Shown here: piece after piece, positions 1 to 12,812 of the stretch
How positions within the stretch are numbered: position 1 is the stretch's first letter
How the letters are laid out: each line of letters begins with the position of its first letter
Source of the DNA: Lama glama
Taxonomy: Eukaryota
Reading direction: 5' to 3'
Length of the DNA: 64,000 nt
NCBI GenBank assembly: GCA_028534125.1
Contig: CM052818.1
Location: forward strand, 33,172,001 to 33,236,000
The notes under the pieces: model-generated
Database searches by the model: none
Seen by the model: the letters and a program-made list of their open reading frames with translations, nothing else
What the model was told of the DNA's origin: nothing
Made by a program: the position numbers and the translations under genes

Positions 1-1554
1 CAGAAGTGATTCTGGATTAAGGACTTCCCTAGATCACTGCAGCCTCACTTCTGCTTTCTTGGCTTCCATTTTCCATTAGGCATGACTAAGTGCCAGGGGT
101 TCTGTCTGGGAAGAGAGGAGTCACAGGAATTTTTCATCCTCTTCTTGATGGAGGCAGCTGTGAAGCAGTATTCTTTCCTTTGGCCTGCTCCATTATAATA
201 CTGCTTTCTTCTTTTGCCCATTGATTCTAGTAATAAGTTTGGCCACAGGGATGTTTACCTTCCCTCAAAAGTTCTCAGTGCCAGGTTTTCATACTCTCAG
301 AAGAGTTATTTCTGCTCCAGAATACCTTGGGCTTTCCCCATGGCCACAGCAGCCCTCTGCCTCTTGGGTGACCCACTAGGAAGAAGGTTCCCGTGCCAGG
401 CTGCCCTGTAGAAGGTGGATGGGTACATGCATGCAGGCATGCTACCCTCCAGCCCTTGACTCTGCTGTGCTGTTTCCATGAGCAAGGGAGCAGAAAACAG
501 GCAGACTAAACATAGGAGGTCAGAGGGGCTTGGGCCAGGCCCTGGACCAGTGATCAGGGGCACACAGTTCTAACCTTCATACTGCATGGCCTTCAACAAG
601 TTCTTTCAGGAAATTAACATGATGAATTGAATATCAAGTCTATGCCAATCACTGTGCTAAAGGTTTTATACCAATCGCTTTATTTAATTTCCACCATGAC
701 GGTTAATACTTACAATACTCAGTCTTGGCTGTACTAGATGATCTCTAAGGTCCCTTCCATGTTCCATGTCCTGAGACTGGCCCCCACTGTCACACTTACC
801 TTCCTAGATGCATCCCTGCTCAGTCCCCCAACTTAGGTCTGCTCTATTAGCTGTGGATTTGGCAGGGGGAGCTGGTCACCGAAGTAGTGATAACCACCCC
901 AGTACCTGCTCCCTGTTTTTGATCACTTCTATAAAGCTGCTATTTTAACAGGTCATGAGTCTAGTTCATTCTCACAGGTGGCCCCTGTGCTGAAGGATCT
1001 GACAATAGACAAGACAGAATCCCATTTCTGCAGAAATAAGACCTCTGCTTGTCATTCATGATGTGCACAGACTGGATAGTGGTTCTTTGCTGCTTCCCTT
1101 TTTTCTAGAACTCATGCCTTAACGAGGAGTGATAGAAACACACGGTTTGGCCCTCCTGCCTTGGCTGGACTCCACATCACATGTGACAGCCCTGAGCAGC
1201 CCTGGCGGCACCTGTCAGAAACCAACACGCACGTCTCAACAGTCAAGCCTAATTCCTGAGAAGCTGTTTTAACTTGACATCTGAAAAAGTATTACATCCA
1301 GAATTATTTTACTGGGTGTGTATTTGGGGCAGATGTGTGCACGTTCCACAACTGAAGTGTTCTATAAATATCAGATATGGATTGTACAAAAAAGCAGCAC
1401 GTACATAGTGCACTTAATTCCATTTAGTAATGTTTTCAATTTGTGTCTGACCTCTGGCAACAGAGATGGAATTTTTTCAACATGAATAAAAAAGTACGTT
1501 AAGATACCTTAAACATAATTCTCACTTAAAATCCCAGAAATATATTAGAGCTTA

Positions 1555-1700
1555 GTGACCATCAGCTACTGGCCCAGTACTTTCAGATAAGGGTACAGAA
1601 GCCCAGAAAGGTGAAGAGTCTTTTCCAAGTTCACACAGAAAATTACGCCCAGATGAGACCCAGGTCTTGTAACTCCCAGGCCATGATTCTTTGTACTTCT
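1555..1700 (-). mobile_element. MIR-family SINE fragment
   Basis: Degenerate reverse-orientation MIR core: cagataagggtacagaagcccagaaaggtgaag...ccaagttcacacag...cccaggtcttgtaactcccagg. Confidence 0.6.
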
Positions 1701-4614
1701 TAACTTACTGTACTTTTTTCTTCCAACAGTTCAAAGGCAACTCAGATTCCATTAGTAAGTGTGTTTCTACTTTGGTGTACTATAAAAATCCCAAACCAAC
1801 TCCTCTACTCTTTCCTTTCTGACTCTAAGTCACCTGAATATTCTTCCAAGGAAGAAAATACAATGAGCGTAACTCACAAACAAGGAAGCAGCTGTATGTG
1901 GTCATCACGGGCACTTTCCCAGTGGCTGGGAGGGACCATTGGAACCCAAACCCGAGCTGATCAGCAGCTCTCACAGCAGCACACCTGAGTGAATCCCCCG
2001 GACCCAGATGTGTTGCTCTCCCAGCCACTCTTCCGTGCGCAGCGTCTTCTGGCTTGTGTGACCAAGACCAGAAAGCAAACCATCACCCTGTTTTCCACTG
2101 AGAAAGCAGCATGGCCAGGAGCTTCAGTCCTTAAAAGAAACCTCAGAGAGGCCAAACAGTAGAATCAAAGGAACAGAGAAGAGACGGCATAAGGGGCCCC
2201 ACGGAAGGGGCGTGGGGAGGCTGCGCGGGGCTGCGGACGCCGTGCCTGGTGCAGCCTGGTCTGCGCGGGCTGGAAGGACGGTGAGCAGCCCGCTCCAGGA
2301 TGCGGGTGGTATTAGCGGTAATTGATGGCCAGGCTTTTTAATGGAGCTTATCATTTCACAGCAACAGATGTCAGGTTCTAATAAATAACATGTTCTCTCT
2401 GACCTACGCAATTTGGAGAGGATGCCTGGACGGCAGGCAGATCTGGATTCCTCCCCATCTCTGTTGCTGTCTCTTCCGAAAAGAAAAACAAACCGCATCC
2501 CTTGAAGATGCTTTTCAAAATGACTCTCTGAGAGAGTTCAAGGATCCAATAATTTCACGTGATTTGTTTGCTTTATTTTTCTGTTCACAGCTCCTCTATT
2601 TCTCAAGCCTAGGAGGGACGGGGAGCTCTTGCACACAGGAACCCCGGGCATGTGGGGGAGTGGAAGGCTTTGGCGCCCTCAACCTTCCCCCATTTCTCAG
2701 GAGGCACATCATCAGCTCCTCTCCTGTCCTCTAAGGGTGCTCTGATCACCCCAGCTACGCTGGACTGGGCCTGGAAAATTCCCTCTTCTCTCTCTCGAGG
2801 GGAGTTCAGCTGAGATGAGGTTGGGGGTTTTTAAAGGGAACCATTCCTGGGAAACTCACGGCAAAACAAAAGAAAAAAGAAAACCCATGAATCATAGCAG
2901 TAGTTGGGCTTGCAGGCTCTGTCACTAAGGTTTGAGCCCTGATGCGCCCCCGGAAGCCAAACCCTGGTCGCTTGGTCTCGCTCAGTACTCTCCCTTCTTC
3001 CCAGTGATTCTGCCCAGGGTAGCTCAGTTCTGCGGCTGCTCCCCCTGCAGAAGCGCTGTGGGGTGAGCAATCTCAGTGGCCACAATTCTTACCTTCCCAG
3101 CCAAGCCCTACCCTTGGGTGCCAGATGGGAGTTCCAGAAATACAGATATAAAGAGGAGGGATGAGGGGAAGGGCAGGGTGGGGGGATGGAGTGGTCCAGG
3201 GAGAGGGAGGGGGTTGCAAAGTCCCCCACCTGGGTTTGCCCTGACACTGAGCAATATCTGGATACCTGAGCCCCAAAGCTGGCCCAGCCAGGGCTCCCTC
3301 TGGCCAGCTGACCAAGCGCAGGGACTGCAGAGAGCCTGGTGCCTAACTCAATCTGACCAGAAGATGTGAGTGAGTAATTTCTGGAGAGACAAACATCTAA
3401 ATAGGCTCACATGGTAACCACTTATGCTTCATAATCACCCCCTCCCCACACGAGCCCTACCCTTGTCTCCAAAGAATTTTCTGGCCTCAAGACTCCTGCT
3501 ACCACTGTGTGAAATACTGTCTTAGAATTGGGATTTCCACACTGTGCTCCGTGGCATCCCGGAGGGGCCCTGGAGGTCACATTAAGGGGTGGGAGTGGCG
3601 AGCAAATCAGGTGGGGACATCTAACCCCCTTCTCTTGAGGAAAGAAGATCTATTTTTAATCTGACATATTTAGAAGACTAATGCTTAAGACTGGATTGAA
3701 GCATTTGGCAGCTAATGAGAAGTTTGAAGAAAGCAGTGTCTTTGAGAATACTAAGCTATTAACAATGAAAAATAATTGAAGTCAGCCAGCATATACAATT
3801 AAGAAGAAAATTCTTGAAAGAGGAAGCTATTCTGCAAAGACATATGAATGACAAATAAGAGCAGTACGCTCAGCGAGGAGCGACATAGAGGAAATTGTGG
3901 ACTGTTTCGGGACTATCTGCATACATTTCCAAGGAAGAAAATAACTTCTCTTTCTGACCTGGAGGCAAGAAGGGAAACAACAAAATGTTTTGGAAGGTTA
4001 ATGATGAATTACTCCCACGTGTTAACTGAGAAGATATTTTTTGAAATTTTTTTAAGTAATTCCATTTATATAATGGACTTAATGTGTGACAAGTCATTTC
4101 AGTAGGTGGTTTGGGGGTTAAATTCTATGCTAAGAACCTACTCAGGCCTCTGAAGTCAGCCTAATACTTTACACAGTGAAATTCAGGGAAAACTCACTCC
4201 ATTTCTTCATGGATTTATCAGACTAGAAAGGATTATAAAAAATCATCTGAGTCATTCATCTAGATAGAGTTAAAGCTATGTACAAGATACCAAGGTAGGT
4301 AAATTTTTTTGTTGTTTTTTAGTTGTTGTTTAGTGGTTGTTTAGTTTAGTGGTTGTCTTTTAGTGATAGTTGGTTTTGTGTAGATTAAACACTTGAAGGA
4401 TGAATTTTTTCCACTTTTCAAATTGGCTGTACTGCCACCAAGAAGACACAAACATAGGGGATAGCAGCCATGGATGGGGCAGCCTAGAATTTAAGAAACT
4501 CTGGCCAGGTGACTGAGGTTAAGGGACTGTTTACTGGGTGCATGAGTAGATAGCAATGCTGACTCTATTATCTTTTAATTAAAAATCTCTGTTTTTCTTC
4601 CAAGGATGATGACA

Positions 4615-5420
4615 CTGATAGTTAGCATTTACTGAATACTCAAAACATGCCAGATCTTATGTTGGACAATTCATCTGCATTACCCTGTGTGGTAGGCAGA
4701 ATTCTAACATTGCCCCTAAGATTCCTCACTCCCTGGTGGTGTGCACTCCCTGTATAATCTCCAGGACTGTGAAAATTATGAATTTCATTCCTGTAAGCAA
4801 GTTATGTTAGATGAAACAGATGACTTTAAGAAAGGGAAATTAACTGGTAGGCCTGATCTAATCAAACAAACCCTTTAAATCTGAGTCTAGATGTCAATGA
4901 CACAGAAGTCAGAAATTGGAAACATGAGCATCTGATGTACACTGCAAGCTTGACAATGGAGGGGCCCATGTGGCAGAGAATAGCCTCCAGTTGACAGCCA
5001 GCAAGGAAACAGGGACCTCAGTCCTACAAGCACAAGGAATCCAACACTGCAAACAATCTGAGCTTGGAAAAGGCCCTGAGCCTCAGATGTGGTAGCAGTC
5101 CCAGCCAACACCTTGATTTTAGTTGTTTGAGACCCTGAACAGAGAAGCCAGAAAGGTTGTGCTGGATTCCTGATCCACAGAAAGTGTGGGATAATAAATC
5201 GTGCTGCTTTAAGCTGTTAAGTTTGTGGTAATCTGTTAACCAACAATAGAAAATCACACAGCTCATGTGATTCTCTAAACTAGCTTCCCCATTTTATAGA
5301 TAAGGAGACAGACTCAGGGAGGTCATGAATTTGCCCAAAGTCACACAGCTAGTGAGTAGCAGAGATAAGTTTAAACCGAACTCTCTCTTGACTTTAGGGG
5401 CAGTGCTCTTACTTGCCACA
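4615..5420 (-). mobile_element. MIR SINE split by the MLT1 LTR (halves ~4615-4687 and ~5261-5420)
   Basis: Left half agcatttactgaatac...tgccag...tgcattacc and right half cccattttatagataaggagacagactcagggagg...ttgcccaaagtcacacagctagtgagtagcagag are collinear with the MIR consensus. Confidence 0.7.
4688..5260 (+). mobile_element. ERVL-MaLR solo LTR, MLT1D/E-like
   Basis: Starts TGTGGTAGGCAGAAT. Internal gacagccagcaaggaaacagggacctcagtcctaca and gccaacaccttgatttt; 3' aataaa...tttaagctg...gtttgtggtaatctgtta...aatagaaaatcacaca, ending in CA. Confidence 0.85.
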
Positions 5421-5519
5421 TGCATTTCTTCTCTGTATTTATGTTACTCAATGCCAGGCCTCTGAGGAGGGAGGCTCAGACTAGCAGTAAAAAGAACAGG
5501 AAACTTTATTTGCCTGGGT

Positions 5520-5720
5520 CTGGATGTGCAGAAGGTCAGAGGCCCTACGTTGAGCCCTGACTCCACTAAAAGCTAGTGGTGTGCCCTTAAGAAACTCACT
5601 AAGTCATTCCAAACCCTAGTTTTTTTATCTGCATGAAAGGTGGTGAGGATTTCTGTACCTTCTGCTGCAGTGATGATCCCAAGAAAGTGTATGAGGGTGA
5701 ACTGTAAATGGTGAAGTCCA
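5520..5720 (+). mobile_element. MIR SINE fragment
   Basis: ccctgactccactaaaagctagtggtgtgccctta...cactaagtcattccaaaccctagttttt..atctg resembles the MIR core. Confidence 0.5.
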
Positions 5721-5889
5721 CAGGGCAGGCAGAGGTGCCTGGATGTCATGCAAGTGCAGCTTTCTTTTCTTGGTGATTGAGAGTCTCAATGTCCTCTGCA
5801 CATAGGTTGGATATGGCTCTCTGATAGCTTGTTCCAAGGAAGACATTTAAAAATAAGTTTATTATTTTTTGAGGTTTTTTTTTTTTTGA

Positions 5890-8800
5890 GAGGAAATGAT
5901 TCTCCATTACCTTTATTTGGAGATTACAGAATAAAATGGAGCCTAATTTTTCTTTATTTTCTTAAATTCTTTAAAAGTCAACTGCCTGTTAAAAGCGAAA
6001 GTAAAAACAACATATTGTGGGATTCATAATATACGAAGAAGTGAGACATATAAGTATAATAGTGCAAATGACAGTAGAAAGTATAAAGAGAATTACAGGG
6101 TTTTAGGCTTTTATATTACACTTAAAGTGTTATAATATTAATTCACGGTAGAGATAAATTAAGAATGTATTTTAGTGTGTTAATAACTAAAATTTGACAC
6201 AGAGCTATAACTAAAAGGCCAACAGAACAGAGAATGGTATATTAAAAAGTTCTCAAATAAATCAAATGGAAGATTTGGAAGAGAAGAACAAAGAAATGAA
6301 GAACAAGGGAAATTAAACAACTAATGGTAAGAAGATAGACTTATATCCAACCAGCTCATTAATTATATGAAATGTAAAAGAATGAAAAACTCCAATTAAA
6401 AGGCAGAGATTATCAGACAAGATTTAAAAAACCTACAAAGGTTTCCTTGACATATAAAGGCACATATAAGATGAAAGAAAAAAGATGAAAAAAGTCATAC
6501 TATGCAAAAAATAAGCACAAGAAAGCTGCTGTAACTACAGTAATATCAGACAAAGCAGAATTCAAGTGGAGTATCACCAGAAATAGTGAGAGTCATTTCA
6601 TAATGACAGAAGGGCCAGTTTATCAAGAGGACATAACAATTCTAAATATATAGGTACTTAAATAACAAAACTTCAAAATATAGAAAGCAAAAAAATGACA
6701 GAACTAAAAGGAGAATAGACAAATCGAAAATCATAGGTGGAAATTTTAACATCTCCTTTCAGTAACTGATATAATAATAAGTGCAAACAATAATAGTAAG
6801 GATACAGAAGATTTGAATAACACTAATAAGTAAGTTGGCTTAGTATGCATATAGAATACTATACCTCAAAACTGCAGGATACACATTCTTTTCAAGTTTA
6901 CATGGCCTCTTTATTACCAGTATAGACTATACGTTGGGCCATAAAACAAATCTTAACAGATTTCAAAGGATTAAAATCATACGGATTATATCTGACCAAA
7001 ACAGAAATTAGACATCAGTAACAAAGTATCTAGAAAAACCCCCAAACACTTGAAATTCAAGCAGCACAATTATAAGTAACCTATTGTTCAAAGAGAAATC
7101 ACAAAGGAAATTAGAAAATATTTCTAAAAAAAAGATAATGAAAAAATATCAAAATTTGCAGGATACAGCTAAAATAAACCTTAGGAATTTATAGCTCTAA
7201 AGGATTGTATTAAAAAAAAGATTAAAATCAATGGTCTAAGATTCCATTTTGAGAAAATTGAAAAAAGAGAAGAAATTAAACTGAAAATAAGTAGAAAGAA
7301 ATAAAGATAAAAGCATAAATTTAGAAAATAGAAAACCAACCATGGATAAAATCAGCAAAGTCAAAAGTTGCTTCTTTGAAAAGATTAGAAAAATGGATAA
7401 CCTCTTAGCTAGACTTTTTTAAAAAAGGAGAGAAAAAAATACAAATCTTCACTGTAAGGAATGAAAGAAGTTATAACACTACAGCTCTTACAAATATTAA
7501 AAGCAAAGGATTATAAACAATCTTATGCCAATAAATTCAACAACTTAGATATAATGGATACGTCTCTTTAAAAAAAAGAAGCCAACTTGCTAAAACTAAC
7601 ACAAGAAGAAATTTAAAAATCTGAATATCCCTATTTTTAGTATAGACATTGACTTTCTTCCCACAAATAAAACTCTATCAAGCATTTAGAAAAAAAAATA
7701 ATGCCAAACCTATACAAACTCTTTCAGAAAACAGAAGGAAGGAAACTTGCCAATTCATTTATAAAGCAAGTAATAATGCTATTATCAAAATCTAACAAGG
7801 ATGACACAAGAAATTTCAGGCTACTATCACTCATGAACACTGATGTAAAACTCAACACAATTTTAGCAAATCAAATCTAATAATATAAAAAAGACTAAAA
7901 TATGATTGCTCAGAATGATTTATTTATTCCTGGAATGCAAGGTTGGTCTAACATTCAAAAACCAATTATTTTAATTCACCACTTTAATAGAATAAAGCTA
8001 AACCACAGGATCATGTCAATAGATGCAGAAAAATCACTCTACAGAATTCAACATTCACACATGGTAAAAACTCTTAGAAAAGTAGGAATAGAAGGAAATT
8101 TCTTCAATATGGTAAGACATCTATGTAAAACCTACTGTTAACATCAACCTTAATGTGGAAACATAAGGCCAGATGTCTGCTCACACTACTGTGTACAACA
8201 CTAGACTGAAGGGCCTAGTCAGTGCAAGTAGGTAAAAAAGAGAAAGAAACTAAAAAACATAAAGATCATAAACACCGGAAAGAAAGCAGTAAAGCTGGTA
8301 ACAGGTGATATGACTGGTTATGTAAAAAATTCTAAGAAATATAAAAAAAGCTACTAGAACTCAGTAGAACTGTAAACTTAGCAATGTCACAGGACACGAA
8401 GTCAATATAGAAAAATCATTTGTATTCCTACATACTAGTAACAACTGGAAAATAAAATCTAAACAATCTATCATTTACAATAAAAGCAAAAACATTAAAA
8501 ATATTCAAGACTTCTATGCTAAAATCTTAAGACATTTCTGAGATAAATTAAAGAAGACCTAAATACAACCATGTTTATTGACTGAAAGATTCAGTATTGT
8601 CAAAATGTCCTTTGTTGATCTACAGGTTCAATGTCATTATAATCAAAATCTAAGCAGGCTTTTTTTGAGGGGAGTTGAGGATGGAATAGACAAACTGATT
8701 CTAAAATTTTTCTAGAAATACAAAGGACCTAAAACAGCCAAAACTATCTTTAAAAAGGCTAAAGTTGGAGAATTTACATTTCCTGTATTGGTATACAAAC

Positions 8801-10010
8801 TGAAAAACAGAGAGCTGGAATAGGTATCTGGAAATAGACCCACTCATATATGGTCCATTTATTTTGACAAAGGCATGAAGGTAATTCAATGGGGAAAGAT
8901 TTTCAAGAAATGCTGCTGAAATACCTGGAGATATATAAACAAAAAATTAATTTAAGCCTCTACCTCATATCATACACAAAATTAATTTGAGATGGATCAT
9001 AGACCTAAATGTCAAACCAAAATCAAATCTTCTAGAGAAAGACATAGGAGAATCTCTTCATGTGGCAGGCAAATAATTATGAGCATACAAAAAATATTAA
9101 CATAAAAAAACCAATAAAATAGATTTCATTAAAAATAAAAACTTTCTGCTCATCAAAAGGCACTGTTTAGAAAATGAAAAGGCAAGCCATAGATTGGGAG
9201 AAAATATCTGCAAAACACATTTCTGACAAATATATAAAGAATTCTTAAAAATCAGTAATAGACAGACCAACAACCTGATTAAAAATAGGCAAAATTTGAA
9301 CAGATATTTCACAAAAGAAGATCTACCACATGAAAAGATGCTCAACATCACTAATCATCAGGAAATCAAAATTAAAAACACAATAAGATATCACTCCATC
9401 CCCTCTAGAATAGCTAAAATTAGAGAGACTGACAATACTAAGTGTTGGAGAGGATATGGAACAGCTGGAACCTGGCATACTGCTGGTGGGAGTGTAAACA
9501 GATAAAACAACTTCAGAAAAAGGTTGTCAGATTCTTACAGTTAATCATACACAAATTCCCACTCCTAGGTATTTACCCACAGAACTGAAAACATATATCT
9601 ACTAAAAAGAGTGTTCATAGCAGCTCTATTTATAAAAATCCCCAAACTGGAAGCAACCCAAACATACATATGCAGATGAATGGATTAGTAAATTATAGTA
9701 CATTCATATAATGTTACTCAGCAGTAAAAAAAAGAATGCCATAACAGATAAATCTAAAACAATTTTGTTGACCCAAAAGACATGAAAGAGTACAATCTAT
9801 ATTATTCCATTTGTAAGAAGTATCTAGAAGAGGAGACACCAAGACACAATGATAGAAATCAGACAGCACTGTCTTGGGGGTGAGGAGACTAACTGAAAAG
9901 GGGCAGAAGGTAAGTTTGTCAAAACTCCATCGAAAGATACATTAATTCTGTCCACTTCACTGTACATATATAATTTACATACTATAAATTACACTGTAAT
10001 AAATATCTTT
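5890..10010 (+). mobile_element. Old LINE-1 (L1M, L1MC/MD/ME-like): inter-ORF region, decayed ORF2 and 3' UTR
   Basis: A-rich + strand. ORF 7902-8141 reads FIPGMQGWSNIQK..IHHFNR..IMSIDAEKSLYRIQH, matching the L1 RT region. ORF 9296-9505 (NRYFTKED..IRYHSIPSRIAKI..DNTKCWRG) matches the ORF2 C-terminus. Many stops and frameshifts. Confidence 0.95.
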
Positions 10011-11231
10011 TAAAAGATACATATGCAAAATCTTTGATTTCAAAGAACTCACAATTTGATTAAGGAAATACGAAGATGGGAAAAATCAAAGAATAATACA
10101 AAAGAGATTTCAAAGCAGTATAAACCAACAGTCAACCGAACCTGGAAAGGGGGAAAGAGCTGCCTGCAAGTTAGCGTGGAGGGAAGAACCATAAGGAAGA
10201 ATGTGGAAGGATGAACAGATTTGAAGGAGCAGGAAGAGAGCAGGAGGAAAGCGGTGGGTAAAGGCACCATGGGGACAAAGCAGAAACTAAACCCCAGGGT
10301 ACCTCATACGTCCACCCACCCACTGACTGACCCTTCATATCAAGCCCATCTGTTGGGAGGAGTCGAGTCTGGTTTTATAGGATGAAGTTCAGAAAAGTTA
10401 ATAGCCCTGCCCAAGGCCACAGAGCTTAGAGATGAGAACTTGTGATAGGAACTGGGGCACACGTGACCCCGAAGCCTGTGCTCACCCAGCAGAGGGTGTT
10501 TCACTTGTGAGCACAGGATTTGCCGGACAGCCATGAGCAAGAAGTACATGTCATAGGAAAAGCCCTGGTCAGTGCCAGAAAGTGTCCTTTCTGAGTTCCC
10601 ACGTTCAGAATTTTGCTCTACAGGAGAGAATACACAGCTGACTCCACTCACGGGCTCTAATGTTGTCCATAAACCGTGAGAGTGTTTATGTCCTGGGCCG
10701 AGCTCTCCAAGTGAATTACAGCCTTTCATGCACTGTGTACATACAATATTTTCACAGGACAAAGAAGCAGGGCGTGTAAGGAATGCTGCAGCTGACCTTT
10801 CTCTCTTTCTGTCCTTTCTCTCCACCTTCTCCACCGATCTCTAGCCTGTACTGCAGGACAGTCCTTTGGTTGTGTTTATCCATGACCTGGCCTTCTAACA
10901 CAGCCCAGGGAAGTTACTTAGGTCAGTTTAAGAAAGGACCTTTTAAAGTATTTCTTCTTTCGAGCATGAGAAGCTGTCTTTCTCTTTTATTACATTTAAA
11001 ATGGATCTGTCTTCATTACAGTAGAAAGCAGATTTTTAAAAATTTACTTCAGATGTTTCCTTTAGGCTAGTGGTAATGTAAAGCAAATGTCTCTTGCAAC
11101 TCTGAATCAATCTGTGAAGATAAACAGGCTTCACTTAACAATATTCCTATACTGAAATCATAGGCTTGTGGTCTGCAGCTTCTTAAAGACTCAATTCATA
11201 CACGCTAAAATGTCTACTTAAGGAGCATGTT

Positions 11232-11320
11232 CACGTGCGCACGCACGCACGCACACACGCACACACGCGCGCACACACGCACACACGCGCGCACACACGC
11301 ACACGCACGCACACACACAC
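11232..11320. repeat. Compound (CA)n/(CG)n/(CACG)n alternating purine-pyrimidine microsatellite
   Basis: 89 bp of uninterrupted Y/R alternation; contains a perfect 20-bp tandem pair at 11261-11280 and 11281-11300. Confidence 0.95.
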
Positions 11321-11934
11321 CCAAGATAGCTTTGCCATGGAAACCACAAAAACATGTCTGGTTCAGACTCCACAGTACATACCACAAATAACAGCCCATC
11401 TTCTAAGGGCAGATCCTATGTACACACAGGGAAAGCCCAGAAAATTAAACAACTGCAGGGCCTCAAACATAAAACCTACTATATAATCCATTTTCTTCAA
11501 GTATCCTTCAAGATAAGTAAGTCTTACTCATTGTTATCAGTTACATTTGCATACGTTTGTTTTTTTCCTTAAATAGTATCTCAGACTTGGGTATCACAAA
11601 AGAGGAAAACACTCAGGAAAGGGAGCCACTGAAGGTCTGGATAACAACAGCCCTGGACTGCACTCGTGAATCAGAGGCGGTCTGGATTTCTAGAGAAAGC
11701 CACTCTGTCATTATTTAAGAGCCCCAGTCCTGCTATGAGTGAAGGCCTTGTACTACAGAAAGTATAGGCAGGAGGAACCTGGGGAGGGAAAGAGGTCTGA
11801 GGGGGGGGGGAGGCAAGAGAAAGAAGTCTTACCTATCAAGAGCATTCTAGGTCTGGAAGGCCAGGTTTTATTAGTCAGTACTTCAAACTGTCACAAGTTT
11901 GATATGATAAAGGCTTTGATCTCTGCTGTTGGGG

Positions 11935-12050
11935 TATAAATTCCATGAAGACATGGACAACTTCTCATTTGTTTACCACTGCATCCCAGCATGGGCACAC
12001 TGCCTGGAACATGGTAGATGCTCAGTAAATACTGGATGAGCAAATGAAGA
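11935..12050 (+). mobile_element. LINE-2 3' end fragment
   Basis: ttccatgaagacatggac..tttgtttaccactgcatcccagcat..tgcctggaacatggtagatgctcagtaaatactggatga is a typical L2 3' terminus. Confidence 0.75.
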
Positions 12051-12812
12051 GGATGCTTCATAGACATTCTCCATTTCTGTGATTCTTTGGATCTGATCAT
12101 CTTTCAGCTGGGATCACAGGTGTGAGCATTTGGCGGTTCAGAGTGATAAAGTAATAACCACCTGCCACTCTAACTGTGATGTATTTTTGGAAACTATGAT
12201 GTTGATCGACTGTTGCTTCAATCTAGGAGGCCACGGTTCATGAAGACTGGTGTTCTGGGTACTGAAGTCTTACCTATAAAAAATACTCTGCATATTTCTA
12301 CGCTGACCTAGTCCACATGATGGGTGAAAACTTTCCACAGAGAGGTTCGTGTGCAATAGTTGTATTTCTAAATTCCAAACTCCAGCCAACTCCAACCTCT
12401 ATCAAACTCCCAACTTATTTTCATAAGGATTTTAAAAGTTCTAAGCTATTTGTGTGGCAATTTATTTAACAAAAGAAGATACAGGCCCTACTTTGGGGAG
12501 GGGCAAGAGATGCAACGAGGTATATAATTCACTCTGTTCCTTCAGAGACATTCTAGTTCCATATGAAAAACTAGGTACTGGACCCATGTATTGACTACTA
12601 GGCAAAATTCTGTTCACTTACCATTAGCTGAAATTTTCCATTAATTAAAAAAATATGAAAGTAGCTGCCAACATTTTCATCATTGACACCATTTATCCAT
12701 AACTCCAATTCCTACCTAGTACTTATTCTCTAATGCAAATAGAGAGATAGATTTCAGATAAATCCTGAAACCCATTAAAATAAAAAAGGCAATCTACCTC
12801 ATCAGGCTAGAT

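Noticed and set aside
4300..4380. Short repeated units (ttagtggttg) as a telomere-like or CRISPR-like array
   Set aside because: Low-complexity slippage sequence with no TTAGGG units and no repeat-spacer structure; no CRISPR array is present in the window.
7902..9505. Reverse-transcriptase-like ORFs as an active or novel RT system
   Set aside because: They are short fragments of a heavily mutated LINE-1 ORF2, with stops and frameshifts throughout.
11214..11486. Repetitive ORFs (CVRACA.../THART...)
   Set aside because: Translations of the CA/CG microsatellite.
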